From contig DIEW01000015.1 in NCBI GenBank assembly GCA_002418825.1, positions 157 through 64,156 on the forward strand: a stretch of 64,000 nt of DNA, given 5' to 3'. The first letter of the stretch is position 1. Every line of letters starts with the position of its first letter. Both the position numbers and the translations under genes were made by a program. Shown piece by piece: positions 46,688 to 56,798 of the stretch. The DNA comes from Syntrophaceae bacterium UBA5764 (GTDB taxonomy: Bacteria; Desulfobacterota; Syntrophia; Syntrophales; Smithellaceae). The notes under the pieces were generated by a model. It did no database searches. It was not told where the DNA came from and saw only the letters and a list, made by a program, of their open reading frames with translations.

Positions 46688-47959
46688 TTATAATAAATTT
46701 TTGTGAATGTAGACGGTCAGGTCGCCCATCCGGTTAGTGTAGCTTCCATACTCGTTGTCGTACCAGCCGAAAATTTTGGCATGGACCACCGGAACCTGCA
46801 GCATCTTGCCGCTCATGTTCTGGAGAATGCCCGCTGGCAGGTCAGGTATTTGCGAAAGGTCAACCGGAATGAATGCCGTGCGGGTGTGGTTGAACTGACC
46901 TTCAATGATAATTGCCGCGTCTTCTCCGATCAGATCGGTGGAAACATTCTGCTGCATGGTAAAGCGGACCAGCGGATTGTTTTGCGCCGTTTTCGCGTAA
47001 ATGTCGTTGAGCTTTTTCGTATCGATATTAGCTGCCTCACCCTTGTCGTTTTGTTTGGCCTGGAAGGTGGCGTTGAGCACGATGAGCGACAGCGTATTGG
47101 TCGGCACCCGGATGGAATCGCCCATGAAACCGATGTTTTTGACTTCCGGAATAACTTCGATTAAGGCATTAGCAGCACCGGTCGAAGTAAGAATTATATT
47201 GTTCAGGATGCTGCGTGTCTTGCGAATGTCCTTCTCGCCGGCTTTTGGCAATTTATCCAGGACGCTCTGGGTGTTTGTGACAGCATGTATTGTGGACATG
47301 GAAGCTGTGAGAATCGTGCTGGTCTCCTCGTTTTCCAGAAGCGGTTTCACCATATGCGCCAGACCTGTTGTGGTGCAGGAGGCCGCGGAAACGAGAAGGT
47401 GCTTCTTGGGATTGAAAGAGGTGTGGTTGATGCCGTAGATAAGCGTCACAGTGTCGTCCGGTGTTGAGAGCGCTTTATTCTTTATTTTGAAAGGCGCGGA
47501 GTGGATTACCACTTTTGCTCCGCCGTTGAGATGTCCGCGGATTGATCCTTTTTTGTCGTCAACAGGCACGGTCGGATCTTTGAAGGAACCGCTGCAATCC
47601 ACCACGATATCCACGCCATGCTGGCGCCAGGGAATATTCATTGGGTTTCGCTGTTCGCGCAGAATCGTAACCGGAATGCCATCAACAAGCAGCTTACCGT
47701 TTTTTTCATCCGTGATTTTAACAACAGGCTGTGCTTTGTAACCGTAAAGAAACCGGTGGAGCAAGCCATATGTGGCGTCCGTTTCGATAAGACGGGCAAT
47801 CGTCTCCATGCCGGTGCCCACCTCCCGACCCTGGTTAACGAAGATTTCCTTGAAATATTTTCTTTGGATATGATGCCAAAGTGTCAATTTACCGATGCGC
47901 CCCAAACTGTTGATACCGAGAAAAGGGGCATTGTTTTCAAATACTTGAACTTTTGCCAT
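46688..47959 (-). CDS. glyceraldehyde-3-phosphate dehydrogenase-family protein, atypical long form
   Basis: GINSLGRIGK Rossmann start, active-site SAASCTTT, C-terminal WYDNEYGY-like block (WYDNEYGS). 423 aa. AGGAGG RBS. Confidence 0.75.
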   Translation of the reverse strand: MAKVQVFENNAPFLGINSLGRIGKLTLWHHIQRKYFKEIFVNQGREVGTGMETIARLIETDATYGLLHRFLYGYKAQPVVKITDEKNGKLLVDGIPVTILREQRNPMNIPWRQHGVDIVVDCSGSFKDPTVPVDDKKGSIRGHLNGGAKVVIHSAPFKIKNKALSTPDDTVTLIYGINHTSFNPKKHLLVSAASCTTTGLAHMVKPLLENEETSTILTASMSTIHAVTNTQSVLDKLPKAGEKDIRKTRSILNNIILTSTGAANALIEVIPEVKNIGFMGDSIRVPTNTLSLIVLNATFQAKQNDKGEAANIDTKKLNDIYAKTAQNNPLVRFTMQQNVSTDLIGEDAAIIIEGQFNHTRTAFIPVDLSQIPDLPAGILQNMSGKMLQVPVVHAKIFGWYDNEYGSYTNRMGDLTVYIHKNLL

Positions 47960-48213
47960 GATGATGTGCCTCCTTGAAACCTGCTTATGGCGGGCTGGTG
48001 TTAATCCGGTCAGAAGACCTGTACTTTATTACAAGAAAGAAGCGCTAAAGTCAAGAATGAGAAATATTTTAGGTTTCCCTGGTTGATTTAAATGAGCCAT
48101 GGCATTAAGCAAAGTTTTGAGAAATATTTTAAAATTCTAAAAATTCAGGGAATTGGGGTTGAAAGTATGATAAGAATTAACAAAATCTTTCACGAAGAGA
48201 TAAGGAGGGGCAT

Positions 48214-49206
48214 ATGAAAAAAGTATATTTGCTCGCTATGATTATGATGATTATGGCGATTTTTATTGTGGGATGTTCTGTGCCAAAGGTCGGTCTGCTT
48301 AAGGGAACACCGAACCCGCTCAAAGAATATACGCTGGAAGGAACCGGCGCGGATAAAATATTGCTCATTGCGGTAAACGGCGTGATTTCAGACAAACCGA
48401 AAAAAGGATTAATTATTGAATCTCCAAGTCTTGTTGAACAGGTGGTGGTGCAGCTGAACAAAGCGAAAAAAGACAGGCAAATTAAGGCAGTTTTGTTCAA
48501 AATAAACTCACCGGGCGGCACGATAACAGCAAGCGATATTCTCTATAACGAAATTATTTCTTACCGGGAGAAAACAGGAAATAAAATTGTTGTTTCTATG
48601 ATGGACGTAGCCGCCTCGGGTGCCTATTACATGTCCTTGCCTGCGGATATGATCGTGGCTCATCCAACAACGGTGACCGGTTCCGTAGGTGTTATTTCCT
48701 TGCAACCGAAATTTAAAGGCTTGATGGATAAAATCGGCGTGGGTGTTGATGTGCAAAAGACAGGAAAATACAAAGATATGGGTTCACCCTACCGCGATAC
48801 GGCCGATGATGAGAAAAAACTTTTACAAAAAGCGATGGACAGTTTTGGCGGTCGCTTTATCGATTTGGTCAAAAAGCACCGCAAGCTCTCGACGCAGGCG
48901 TTGACGGAGGTTTCCACGGCCCGCATTTTTCTGGCCGATGAAGCCCTGCAATGCGGCCTCGTGGATAGAATCGGTTATATCGGCGATGCGGTCGAAGAAG
49001 CAAAAAAACTGGCCAAGCTTTCGGAAGAAGCCAGAGTTATTGTCTACCGCCGGGCGGAATTTCCCGAAGACAATTATTACAACATTGCCGGTTCGTTTTC
49101 GGAACATTTGAATATTTCGCTGGTTAATTTGGAACTGCCGGAAATTCTCAACTCCAGAGCCGGTTTTTATTATCTCTGGCCGGGCGCGATTTCCGTCGAA
49201 CGATAA
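48214..49206 (+). CDS. sppA: signal peptide peptidase SppA (S49, 36K type)
   Basis: N-terminal anchor, INSPGGT and DVAASGAYY blocks. AGGAGG RBS. Confidence 0.85.
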   Translation: MKKVYLLAMIMMIMAIFIVGCSVPKVGLLKGTPNPLKEYTLEGTGADKILLIAVNGVISDKPKKGLIIESPSLVEQVVVQLNKAKKDRQIKAVLFKINSPGGTITASDILYNEIISYREKTGNKIVVSMMDVAASGAYYMSLPADMIVAHPTTVTGSVGVISLQPKFKGLMDKIGVGVDVQKTGKYKDMGSPYRDTADDEKKLLQKAMDSFGGRFIDLVKKHRKLSTQALTEVSTARIFLADEALQCGLVDRIGYIGDAVEEAKKLAKLSEEARVIVYRRAEFPEDNYYNIAGSFSEHLNISLVNLELPEILNSRAGFYYLWPGAISVER

Positions 49207-49225
49207 ATTCCCCGCGGTTGTTTAT

Positions 49226-50203
49226 ATGGCAATAATACAAACCAGGGCGCTGAAAAAAAACTTCGGCAAAATAGAAGCCGTTGCCGGCATTGATCTGAGT
49301 GTTGAAAAGGGAGAAATATTCGGCCTTTTAGGACCAAACGGTGCCGGCAAGTCCACAACCATCGGCATTCTTTGTACCATCGTCAGGCCATCCTCCGGTG
49401 CGGCAGTGATTGCTGGCTATGATGTTGCCAAAGAACCGGCACGGGTCAGGCGCCAGGTTGGTATTGTTTTTCAGGATCCTACTTTGGACACGGTGCTTAC
49501 CGGACGCGAAAATCTTGAGTTGCATGCCCGTCTTTATGGTGTCTCTTCCAGCATCAGGGAAAAAAGGATTGAACAGATGCTGGAGCTGGTGGACCTGAAA
49601 CAGCGCGCTAACGATATCACGCGCACTTATTCCGGTGGAATGCGCCGGCGTCTGGAACTCGCGCGGGGCCTTTTGCACCGCCCGGCGGTGCTTTTTCTGG
49701 ATGAGCCGACTTTGGGTCTTGATCCCCAAACGCGGGCACGTTTGTGGGAGTACATAAAAAAAATGGCGCGGGCTGAACAGACCACCATTGTTCTTACCAC
49801 TCACTACATGGAAGAAGCCGAGCAGGTGTGTGACCGCGTGGGTATCATTGATCATGGCCAGATAATAGCACTCGATGCGCCGGAAAGGCTGAAGGAAACC
49901 ATGGGCGGCCAGATGATTGTAATTAAGGCCGAACAACCACCGCTGGAAAAAATTCGTGGGCTTCCTTATGTTTCCGACGTGCGAGAAAATGACGGTGTGC
50001 TGGAAATTATTACCAGAGAAGCGCACCGGCACCTGCCGAAAATTTTATCCCTAGTTAAGGATGTGCATTGTGTGGAAATCAGAGTGCCCACGCTCAATGA
50101 CGTTTTTATAAAACTGACGGGTCGTGATATTCGTGAGGATACCGTGGAAGACTTCGGTAGCTGGGTTGATTCCGTTGCCCGTTACCGCCAGAGGGGGTCT
50201 TGA
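49226..50203 (+). CDS. ABC transporter ATP-binding protein (ABC-2/DrrA type)
   Basis: Walker A GPNGAGKST, signature YSGGMRRR, and Walker B LFLDEP. Confidence 0.9.
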   Translation: MAIIQTRALKKNFGKIEAVAGIDLSVEKGEIFGLLGPNGAGKSTTIGILCTIVRPSSGAAVIAGYDVAKEPARVRRQVGIVFQDPTLDTVLTGRENLELHARLYGVSSSIREKRIEQMLELVDLKQRANDITRTYSGGMRRRLELARGLLHRPAVLFLDEPTLGLDPQTRARLWEYIKKMARAEQTTIVLTTHYMEEAEQVCDRVGIIDHGQIIALDAPERLKETMGGQMIVIKAEQPPLEKIRGLPYVSDVRENDGVLEIITREAHRHLPKILSLVKDVHCVEIRVPTLNDVFIKLTGRDIREDTVEDFGSWVDSVARYRQRGS

Positions 50204-50207
50204 AACC

Positions 50208-50972
50208 ATGAATAACGGTTTCATCCGCAGGGAATTGATGGGCATTTACGCGGTGTGGTGGCGTGAGTTCAAGGTCTTTCAACGCGAAAAAAGCAGGATT
50301 GTTTCAAGCATCGTCCAGCCGCTGATGTGGCTTTTTCTTTTCGGCAGTGGAATCGGCGCCAGTGTCACCATCGGTTCCATTGACTATCGCGATTATATTT
50401 ATCCGGGCATTCTGGCCATGATGGTTCTTTTCGGGTCCGTTTATTTCGGATTATATATTGTCTGGGACCGCAAGCTTGATGTGCTCAAGGCGATACTCGT
50501 AGCGCCGGTATCGCGCGTCAGCATCTTTTTGGGGAAGGTTTTGGGAGGGTGCACGGATGTTATTCTACAGGTTATTGTCCTTTTTGCGGTATCATTTTTG
50601 TTCCCGGCGATAAACCCATGGGGAATACCGCCGGCCCTAATTTTATTGGTCATTACGGCAATAGCCCTGGTTTCTTTAGGACTGGCGCTGGGCTCGCTTT
50701 TTCAAAGCCTGGAGGGATTTCAGGTGATTTCATCGTTTCTAATTTTCCCGCTTTTTTTTCTGTCGGGCGCGCTTTTCCCGATAACGGATAAACTTCCCAC
50801 CTGGTTGCAGGGATTGGTTAAACTTAATCCGCTTACTTATACAGTGGATGGTGTCAGAGGTGCCCTGCTCGGCGTTAATATCTTTCCGCTTTATATTGAT
50901 TTTGTTGTTGTTATTATTTTCGCTGTACTTATGTTTCTTTTGGGCAATGTTCTTTTCAGTAGAATGAAATAA
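50208..50972 (+). CDS. ABC-2 type transporter permease
   Basis: Six hydrophobic segments. ATG at 50208 lies 4 nt after the ATPase stop. Confidence 0.8.
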   Translation: MNNGFIRRELMGIYAVWWREFKVFQREKSRIVSSIVQPLMWLFLFGSGIGASVTIGSIDYRDYIYPGILAMMVLFGSVYFGLYIVWDRKLDVLKAILVAPVSRVSIFLGKVLGGCTDVILQVIVLFAVSFLFPAINPWGIPPALILLVITAIALVSLGLALGSLFQSLEGFQVISSFLIFPLFFLSGALFPITDKLPTWLQGLVKLNPLTYTVDGVRGALLGVNIFPLYIDFVVVIIFAVLMFLLGNVLFSRMK

Positions 50973-51008
50973 TACTGATAGGAATATAAGAAAGATAAGG
51001 AGGTTGTT

Positions 51009-52514
51009 ATGAATCTGGCCGAGTTCCGCGAAAAAAAAGTTTACAGTGAAGGCGAGCGCGTGGCGCTTTATTTCAAGGAAAGAGTAATGACAAACTTCGA
51101 ACTGCAGAAAAACTCCCGCAAACTGACCAGCGCGCTCAAGGGATTGGGCGTAAAGAGAGGAGACAGGATCATCATCCAGACGCCGAATTGCCCGGAGGTT
51201 CTGGAAACTTTTAGCGCCTGCTGGAGAATGGGCGCGGTTGTCGTGCCGATTAATTACCTGATGAATGATGAGGAGATAGCTTACATTTATCAGGATTCGG
51301 GCGCCAAGATAGTCATCAGCAGCAATGCATTTCTTCCGAAGGTGAAAACTGTGCAGGCCAAAGCACCGGAAATGAAAACGGTTATTCTTGTCGATAAAAA
51401 TGTTCCGGAAGGAACCTTTGCTTATGGTAAGCTCATTGAATCGGTGGAGGAAGACCATTCTTTTGCCGATATGCGGGAAGATGAACTTGCCGCGCTTATT
51501 TACACAGCGGGAACAACCGGCAACTCCAAAGGCGTCATGCACACGCATTATTCTCTTTACGCCAACGCCAAAATGCAGTTCGAGAGCATGCCTTTTCCAG
51601 AGGGCATGATCTATGTCAGCGTTTTGCCTCTTTGTCATTCATTCGGCATCGCCACAATCAACAACGGCATGTTCCGTTCGGCAACAACCGTGTTGCTGGA
51701 TTCTTTTGACCTTGAGCTGATTTTATCTTCGATTGCCAAATATAAAGCCAATATCCTGGTTGCTGTTCCGACAATGTACGTTTACCTGCTTTTGTATCCG
51801 GAGCCCAAAAAACATGATGTCAGCTCCATGAAATACTGGATATGCGGTGCGGCGCCGCTGGCTCTGGAGACGTGGAAAAAATTCAGGGAGGTTTACGGCG
51901 GGGAAATTTGTGAAGGCTGGGGGCTTACGGAAGCGGGCGCGAACAATGCCACCAACCCCATTCATGGGTTAAAGAAAGTCGGCTCCATCGGCATTCCGAT
52001 GAAAGGCACGGAAATGAAGATTATGGATGATGAGGGGAAGTTTCTGCCGGGTGGCCAGCAGGGCGAAATAGTCATCCGCGGACCGCAGGTTATGAAAGGG
52101 TACTGGAATAAACCGGAAGAAACGGCGCAGGTGCTGCGCAACGGGTGGCTGCATACGGGCGATGTCGGTTATGAAGATGAAGACGGTTATTTCTGGATTA
52201 CAGACCGCAAGAAGGATTTAATTATTAAAGGCGGAGAAAACATATCGCCGCGCACGGTGGAGGAAGTCCTGTTCGCTCATCCTAAAATATCAGAAGCCGC
52301 GGTAGTGGGGATGAGAGATGATGTTTACGGTGAAAATATAAAAGCCTTTATTGTTCTTAAACCCGATCAGGCCGCTACCGCCGAGGAAATTATCGAGTAT
52401 TGCAAAAAAAACCTGACGAGTTTCCTGACGCCTAAAGAAGTTGTTTTCATGCAGGCCTTGCCTAAAAATATTATGGGTAAGGTGCTGAAAAAGGAACTCA
52501 GGAAAATGGCTTAA
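51009..52514 (+). CDS. AMP-forming acyl-CoA ligase (medium/long-chain or aromatic acid)
   Basis: AMP-binding motif YTAGTTGNSKGV, plus GWLHTGD and DRKKDLIIKGGENI. Confidence 0.9.
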   Translation: MNLAEFREKKVYSEGERVALYFKERVMTNFELQKNSRKLTSALKGLGVKRGDRIIIQTPNCPEVLETFSACWRMGAVVVPINYLMNDEEIAYIYQDSGAKIVISSNAFLPKVKTVQAKAPEMKTVILVDKNVPEGTFAYGKLIESVEEDHSFADMREDELAALIYTAGTTGNSKGVMHTHYSLYANAKMQFESMPFPEGMIYVSVLPLCHSFGIATINNGMFRSATTVLLDSFDLELILSSIAKYKANILVAVPTMYVYLLLYPEPKKHDVSSMKYWICGAAPLALETWKKFREVYGGEICEGWGLTEAGANNATNPIHGLKKVGSIGIPMKGTEMKIMDDEGKFLPGGQQGEIVIRGPQVMKGYWNKPEETAQVLRNGWLHTGDVGYEDEDGYFWITDRKKDLIIKGGENISPRTVEEVLFAHPKISEAAVVGMRDDVYGENIKAFIVLKPDQAATAEEIIEYCKKNLTSFLTPKEVVFMQALPKNIMGKVLKKELRKMA

Positions 52515-52553
52515 GCTGATGTTACAAAAATAAATATATAGAAGGGGAAAAAT

Positions 52554-54005
52554 ATGGCTATTCGCAGTGTGAAGGAATACAAAGAAAGCTTGCGCGACGG
52601 CCGGCGCGTTTATATCCGCGGCGAGAAAGTGGAGGATATTACCAGACATCCCATTCTCGGCATTACCGTAGACACCATCGCCGGCGGGTATGAATTGACG
52701 GCCTCGGAAGATCCGTCCGTGCGGGATCTTTTTGTGGCGCCGCATCCCAAAACTGGAGAACCGATCAACCGTTATTTTGTCACCCCGGCTAACAGGGAGG
52801 ATTTGGCCAACCGCACAAAAATGATTCAGCGTTCAATTGAGGTTATCGGCGGCCTTCCTTTTGGAAGGGATATCGGCACCGATTGTCTGAACGCGGCTTT
52901 TGTTGTGGCCGGACAGATGGGTAAGAAACAGTATCAGGAAAACGCGATGAATTTTCTGGAGCATCTGCGTAAAAACGATCTGCATACCTGCGGCGCGGTG
53001 ACGTGTGTCAAAGGAGATCGCGGCAAGGAACCGGCTCAACAAAAGCACCCGGATTATTATCTGCATGTCGTGGATAAAAATAAAGAGGGCATTGTGGTTA
53101 AAGGGGCGAAAATCCACATTACCAGCGCGCCGGCCGCCAATGAAATTTTGGTTGTCCCTACCCGTCAGATGCGTGAAAATGAAGCTGATTACGCGGTGAG
53201 CTTCGCGATACCGGCTAATACCAAGGGGATCACTTTCATCTGCCGCGGTGGTCGCGGTGCCTGGTCGGACCATGAATTTCACGCCGACCGTCCGGTACGG
53301 GAACTGACCGAAGCGATGATTGTTTTCGATAATGTTTTTGTTCCCTGGGATAGGGTTTTTATGTGCGGTGAATGGCAGTACTCGATGCTTATCGCTTATA
53401 CCTTCGCCACTTTCCATCGCTTTACCGCTATCAGCTATAAAGTTCCCTCGGTGGAAGTGATGGCCGGTTGTGCTGTGGCGATGGCCAAATACAACGGGCT
53501 GGATAAAGTGAGCCACATCCGCGACAAACTTGCCGACATTGCCGCTTATGTGGAAACATTGCGCGCTTTGACTAACGCTGCCGCGGCGGATCCGGTGATG
53601 TATGGCGAGATCGCCGTGCCGAATCCATTAATCTGCAATATGGCCAAGCTGCACTTTGCCAGCAAGTATCACGAATTCATCAAACTGATTCAGGATATCG
53701 GCGGCGGTATTCTGGCAACCGCGCCGGATAAAAAGGATTGGGACAATCCCGATATTCACGATTACCTGGAACACTATCTGGGTGGGTCAGAAAAATACAG
53801 CACGCTGGACAGATTAAAAATGATTCACGAGACGATGCGCCATGTTTGTTCACACGAGTCAGCGTTTCATGAAGTCACCACGGTGCACGCGGAAGGTTCC
53901 ATGGCGGCACAGAAAATGATGATCCTGGCGGAATCACCCCTCCAGCAGTATGAGGCCAAAGCGATGGCCGCGGCGGGAATCACCCCTTGGAGCAAAAGGT
54001 TATAG
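52554..54005 (+). CDS. 4-hydroxybutyryl-CoA dehydratase / HpaB-family protein (AbfD-like)
   Basis: Collinear with AbfD as I recall it (KGDRG..P..QK.PD..L..V....GIVV.GAK.H.T; DYAVSFA). The expected Fe-S Cys ligands are not evident. Confidence 0.75.
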   Translation: MAIRSVKEYKESLRDGRRVYIRGEKVEDITRHPILGITVDTIAGGYELTASEDPSVRDLFVAPHPKTGEPINRYFVTPANREDLANRTKMIQRSIEVIGGLPFGRDIGTDCLNAAFVVAGQMGKKQYQENAMNFLEHLRKNDLHTCGAVTCVKGDRGKEPAQQKHPDYYLHVVDKNKEGIVVKGAKIHITSAPAANEILVVPTRQMRENEADYAVSFAIPANTKGITFICRGGRGAWSDHEFHADRPVRELTEAMIVFDNVFVPWDRVFMCGEWQYSMLIAYTFATFHRFTAISYKVPSVEVMAGCAVAMAKYNGLDKVSHIRDKLADIAAYVETLRALTNAAAADPVMYGEIAVPNPLICNMAKLHFASKYHEFIKLIQDIGGGILATAPDKKDWDNPDIHDYLEHYLGGSEKYSTLDRLKMIHETMRHVCSHESAFHEVTTVHAEGSMAAQKMMILAESPLQQYEAKAMAAAGITPWSKRL

Positions 54006-54039
54006 ACAAAATAATTGAAAATTTAAATTTTTTGTATTT

Positions 54040-54094
54040 GACAGACTGGCTTGAGTGAAAAGAAAAAATTTATCATCCCAGTCAGTCTTTTTTA
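54040..54094 (+). terminator. candidate intrinsic terminator after the AbfD-like gene
   Basis: GACAGACTGG (54040-54049) / CCAGTCAGTC (54078-54087) with one A-A mismatch and a large loop, followed by TTTTTT. Confidence 0.4.
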
Positions 54095-54179
54095 TACTTG
54101 CGGAGAAAAATCATCTGGCCTTTGGCCTGAATAATATTGAACTAAGCGTCCGTTTTATTTTCCGTCGCGTTTTTTTGTC

Positions 54180-54209
54180 TTGACTGACAGGTTGTATCTT
54201 TAGTATAGT
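54180..54209 (+). promoter_or_regulatory. candidate sigma70 promoter of the liv-type operon
   Basis: TTGACT (54180-54185), 18-nt spacer, TATAGT (54204-54209). Confidence 0.4.
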
Positions 54210-54275
54210 ATAACTTGAAACTGGCACATAATATCAGATCTGTTATCTTCCAATTAAGAGGAGCACTGCAATCCT

Positions 54276-55346
54276 ATGGACATGAAGCGGTCGTATTATG
54301 AGGATATTGAACTTTTCAAAAGCGGCGTGATTCTTTTCTGGACAATAGTTTTTCTCTTGGTCCTTTTTACCTTTCCTCTATATATGTCAGACTACGCGCT
54401 GTATCTGCTGAATCTCATCATGGTATATGTCATTGTCTCGGTAGGCCTGAATATTCTGGTTGGCTCTACCGGGCAGATTTCCTTGGGACACGCGGGATTT
54501 TTTGCCATCGGTGCTTATGCCACCGTTCTGCTGATGACCAACTTGCAGATACCTTTTTTTATCGCCATTATCGCCGCCGCTTTCATCGCGGCTTTTTTTG
54601 GCTTCATTTTGGGCTTGCCGGCACTGAGGTTGGAAGGACCATATCTCACTATTGCCACGCTGGCGTTTGGCCTGGCTATTATGCATGTCATCGGTCATAC
54701 GGAATTTTTCGGTGGTCGTCAGGGCTTGATGGCTCCTCCACTGGATCTGGGGATACCACAACTGGGGTGGAGTTTTGTTCTGTCGTCAGAAACAAGCAAA
54801 TACTATTTGGTTTTGATTATTACAATACTGATGGTGCTGTTTGCGATAAATATTTTAAAGACGAAAGCAGGCCGTGCTTTTGTTGCCATCCGCGACAGTG
54901 ATATCGCCGCTGAAGTTATCGGTATAAATCTCACTATGTATAAAACGCTTTCTTTTGCCGTGAGCGCTTTTTACGCGGGTATCGGTGGCGGACTATTCGC
55001 TTTTGTTCTGGGGTTTTTTGACCCCTTCACCTTTAACCTGATTCTTTCGATTATTTTCATCGTCATGATTGTTGTCGGCGGTTTGGGTTCTGTTATGGGT
55101 TCTATTACAGGCGCGGCGCTGATTACCTATCTTATGTATGACCTGTTTAAAAATGTTAATGAAGCGCCGTACGTGGGGCCGTTGTTTGTCGCTTTTTCCG
55201 AGCGATGGATGACTATTACCGGTATGGATAATTTTAATTATATAGCCTTGGGTCTGGTGATGATTGGCATTATGCTTTTTGAGCCCTTGGGGATGTTTGG
55301 GGCATGGATACGAATAAAGAAGTACTGGAAGACATGGCCCTTCTAA
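54276..55346 (+). CDS. livM: branched-chain amino acid-type ABC transporter permease (LivM family)
   Basis: GQISLGHAGFFAIGAY block; polytopic. Confidence 0.85.
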   Translation: MDMKRSYYEDIELFKSGVILFWTIVFLLVLFTFPLYMSDYALYLLNLIMVYVIVSVGLNILVGSTGQISLGHAGFFAIGAYATVLLMTNLQIPFFIAIIAAAFIAAFFGFILGLPALRLEGPYLTIATLAFGLAIMHVIGHTEFFGGRQGLMAPPLDLGIPQLGWSFVLSSETSKYYLVLIITILMVLFAINILKTKAGRAFVAIRDSDIAAEVIGINLTMYKTLSFAVSAFYAGIGGGLFAFVLGFFDPFTFNLILSIIFIVMIVVGGLGSVMGSITGAALITYLMYDLFKNVNEAPYVGPLFVAFSERWMTITGMDNFNYIALGLVMIGIMLFEPLGMFGAWIRIKKYWKTWPF

Positions 55347-55369
55347 TAGAAAAACAGAGGTAGAGAAAT

Positions 55370-56245
55370 ATGCCGGTTGGACAATTGTTGATTGACGGTT
55401 TGGCGATGGGTGCCTGTTACGGTCTTTTCGGACTGGCGGTTGTTATTATTTACAAAACTTCAGAAGTGCTTAATTTCGCCGCCGGTGAAATGGCCATGGT
55501 TTCGACATTCGTTGCCTACCATGTATTGGTAATTTACGGTTACTCGTTCTGGGTCGCTTTTGTCATTGCCCTTATTTTTGCCGCTTTCCTGGGAGTGTTT
55601 GTGGAATATTTTTTTCTGCGTCCGGCGAAGAATCCCACACTGCTCGGCCTGATTGTTATCACCATCGGAGCGCAGATGCTTCTGATGGGCCTGGCCAGCT
55701 GGAAATGGGGAGCGGAACAGAAACAATTTTCCATTCCGTTCTCTTATAAAGTTACATACGAACCGATTTCGGGATTTATCGTCAGCCAGTGGGCGATAGC
55801 TGTTTTTGTTGCTGCCGCCGCTGTTATGGTTTTTCTGTATTTCTTTTTCCAGCATACCAAGATGGGAACAGCTATGCGCGCGACACAGCAGAATAAACAC
55901 GCGGCCAAAATAATGGGGATAAAGACAGACCGGGTCTTCGCTTTTGCCTGGGCCTTTAGTTCGATTATCGGAGCGGTGGCGGCAATGTTGCTGACAGCCA
56001 AGAGCATTCTTGATCCCAACTTTATGATGGAATCCTTTCTCCGTGCTTTCGCTTCTGCCGTGTTGGGTGGCCTGATGAGCATTCCGGGTGTGCTAATCGG
56101 CGGGTTTATTATGGGACTGATAGAGAATTTTTTCGGTTTTATTTGGCCGGCATGGAAGCCGATAACAGCTTTCGTTGTAATTGTTTTAGTTCTGTGTGTT
56201 CGTCCGAGCGGCCTTTTTGCCAAGCATTACGTTAAAAAAGTGTAA
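55370..56245 (+). CDS. livH: branched-chain amino acid-type ABC transporter permease (LivH family)
   Basis: VLNFAAGEMAMV block near the N-terminus; polytopic. Confidence 0.85.
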   Translation: MPVGQLLIDGLAMGACYGLFGLAVVIIYKTSEVLNFAAGEMAMVSTFVAYHVLVIYGYSFWVAFVIALIFAAFLGVFVEYFFLRPAKNPTLLGLIVITIGAQMLLMGLASWKWGAEQKQFSIPFSYKVTYEPISGFIVSQWAIAVFVAAAAVMVFLYFFFQHTKMGTAMRATQQNKHAAKIMGIKTDRVFAFAWAFSSIIGAVAAMLLTAKSILDPNFMMESFLRAFASAVLGGLMSIPGVLIGGFIMGLIENFFGFIWPAWKPITAFVVIVLVLCVRPSGLFAKHYVKKV

Positions 56246-56248
56246 TAG

Positions 56249-56713
56249 ATGCTGAAAAAGGAACATTTCATAAGAGCTAAAAAACAACTGTTGGTTTTGG
56301 TGGTTTGCCTGGCGTTGGTTTTGCCAGCAGCTTTCTTTGTTTACCGGGCAGCCGGGGAACGCGAGAGGGAAGCGGTGCTCAAAGCGGCGCGTGAATTTCT
56401 GGACGCCGAAATTCGCAGGGATTATGCTGCTGTTTACGCGTGTTTCGCCTCTTCTTCGCCGTATGTGCGTTCGCACAGCTATGATGAATACCTTGCCCAG
56501 GCGAAATCTTTTACTGATCGCGTATCCGATTACCGTATTGTTGCGGTAAGCTATATCCAGAATAATAAGGATCGTGAAACTTATCCGGCAGTGGAGAAGG
56601 TTGCCCAGGTGGAGGTTGATGTGACATTTTTACACGAGAAAACTAATTCGCACTCGGAAATGAATATCGGCTTTATTTTTTTTAAAGAGCAGGGAAAGTG
56701 GTATAAAAGTTAG
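56249..56713 (+). CDS. hypothetical membrane-anchored protein embedded in the liv-type operon
   Basis: 154-aa ORF with an N-terminal TM segment (LLVLVVCLALVLPAAFFV) and a soluble domain. Starts 3 nt after the livH stop. Confidence 0.5.
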   Translation: MLKKEHFIRAKKQLLVLVVCLALVLPAAFFVYRAAGEREREAVLKAAREFLDAEIRRDYAAVYACFASSSPYVRSHSYDEYLAQAKSFTDRVSDYRIVAVSYIQNNKDRETYPAVEKVAQVEVDVTFLHEKTNSHSEMNIGFIFFKEQGKWYKS

Positions 56714-56798
56714 CCGTAAAAAAATATAAAATTTTTAATATTTCAGCGGCAAAAAATTAGAACCAATAACGTAACAGATTGAAGAAAGGGGAAAGGTT

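Noticed and set aside
54222-54238. TGGCAC upstream of livM, considered as a sigma54 -24 element.
   Set aside because: The position expected for the -12 GC (GG-N10-GC) reads TC, and no TTGC follows. A sigma70-like TTGACT-18-TATAGT just upstream is a better candidate.
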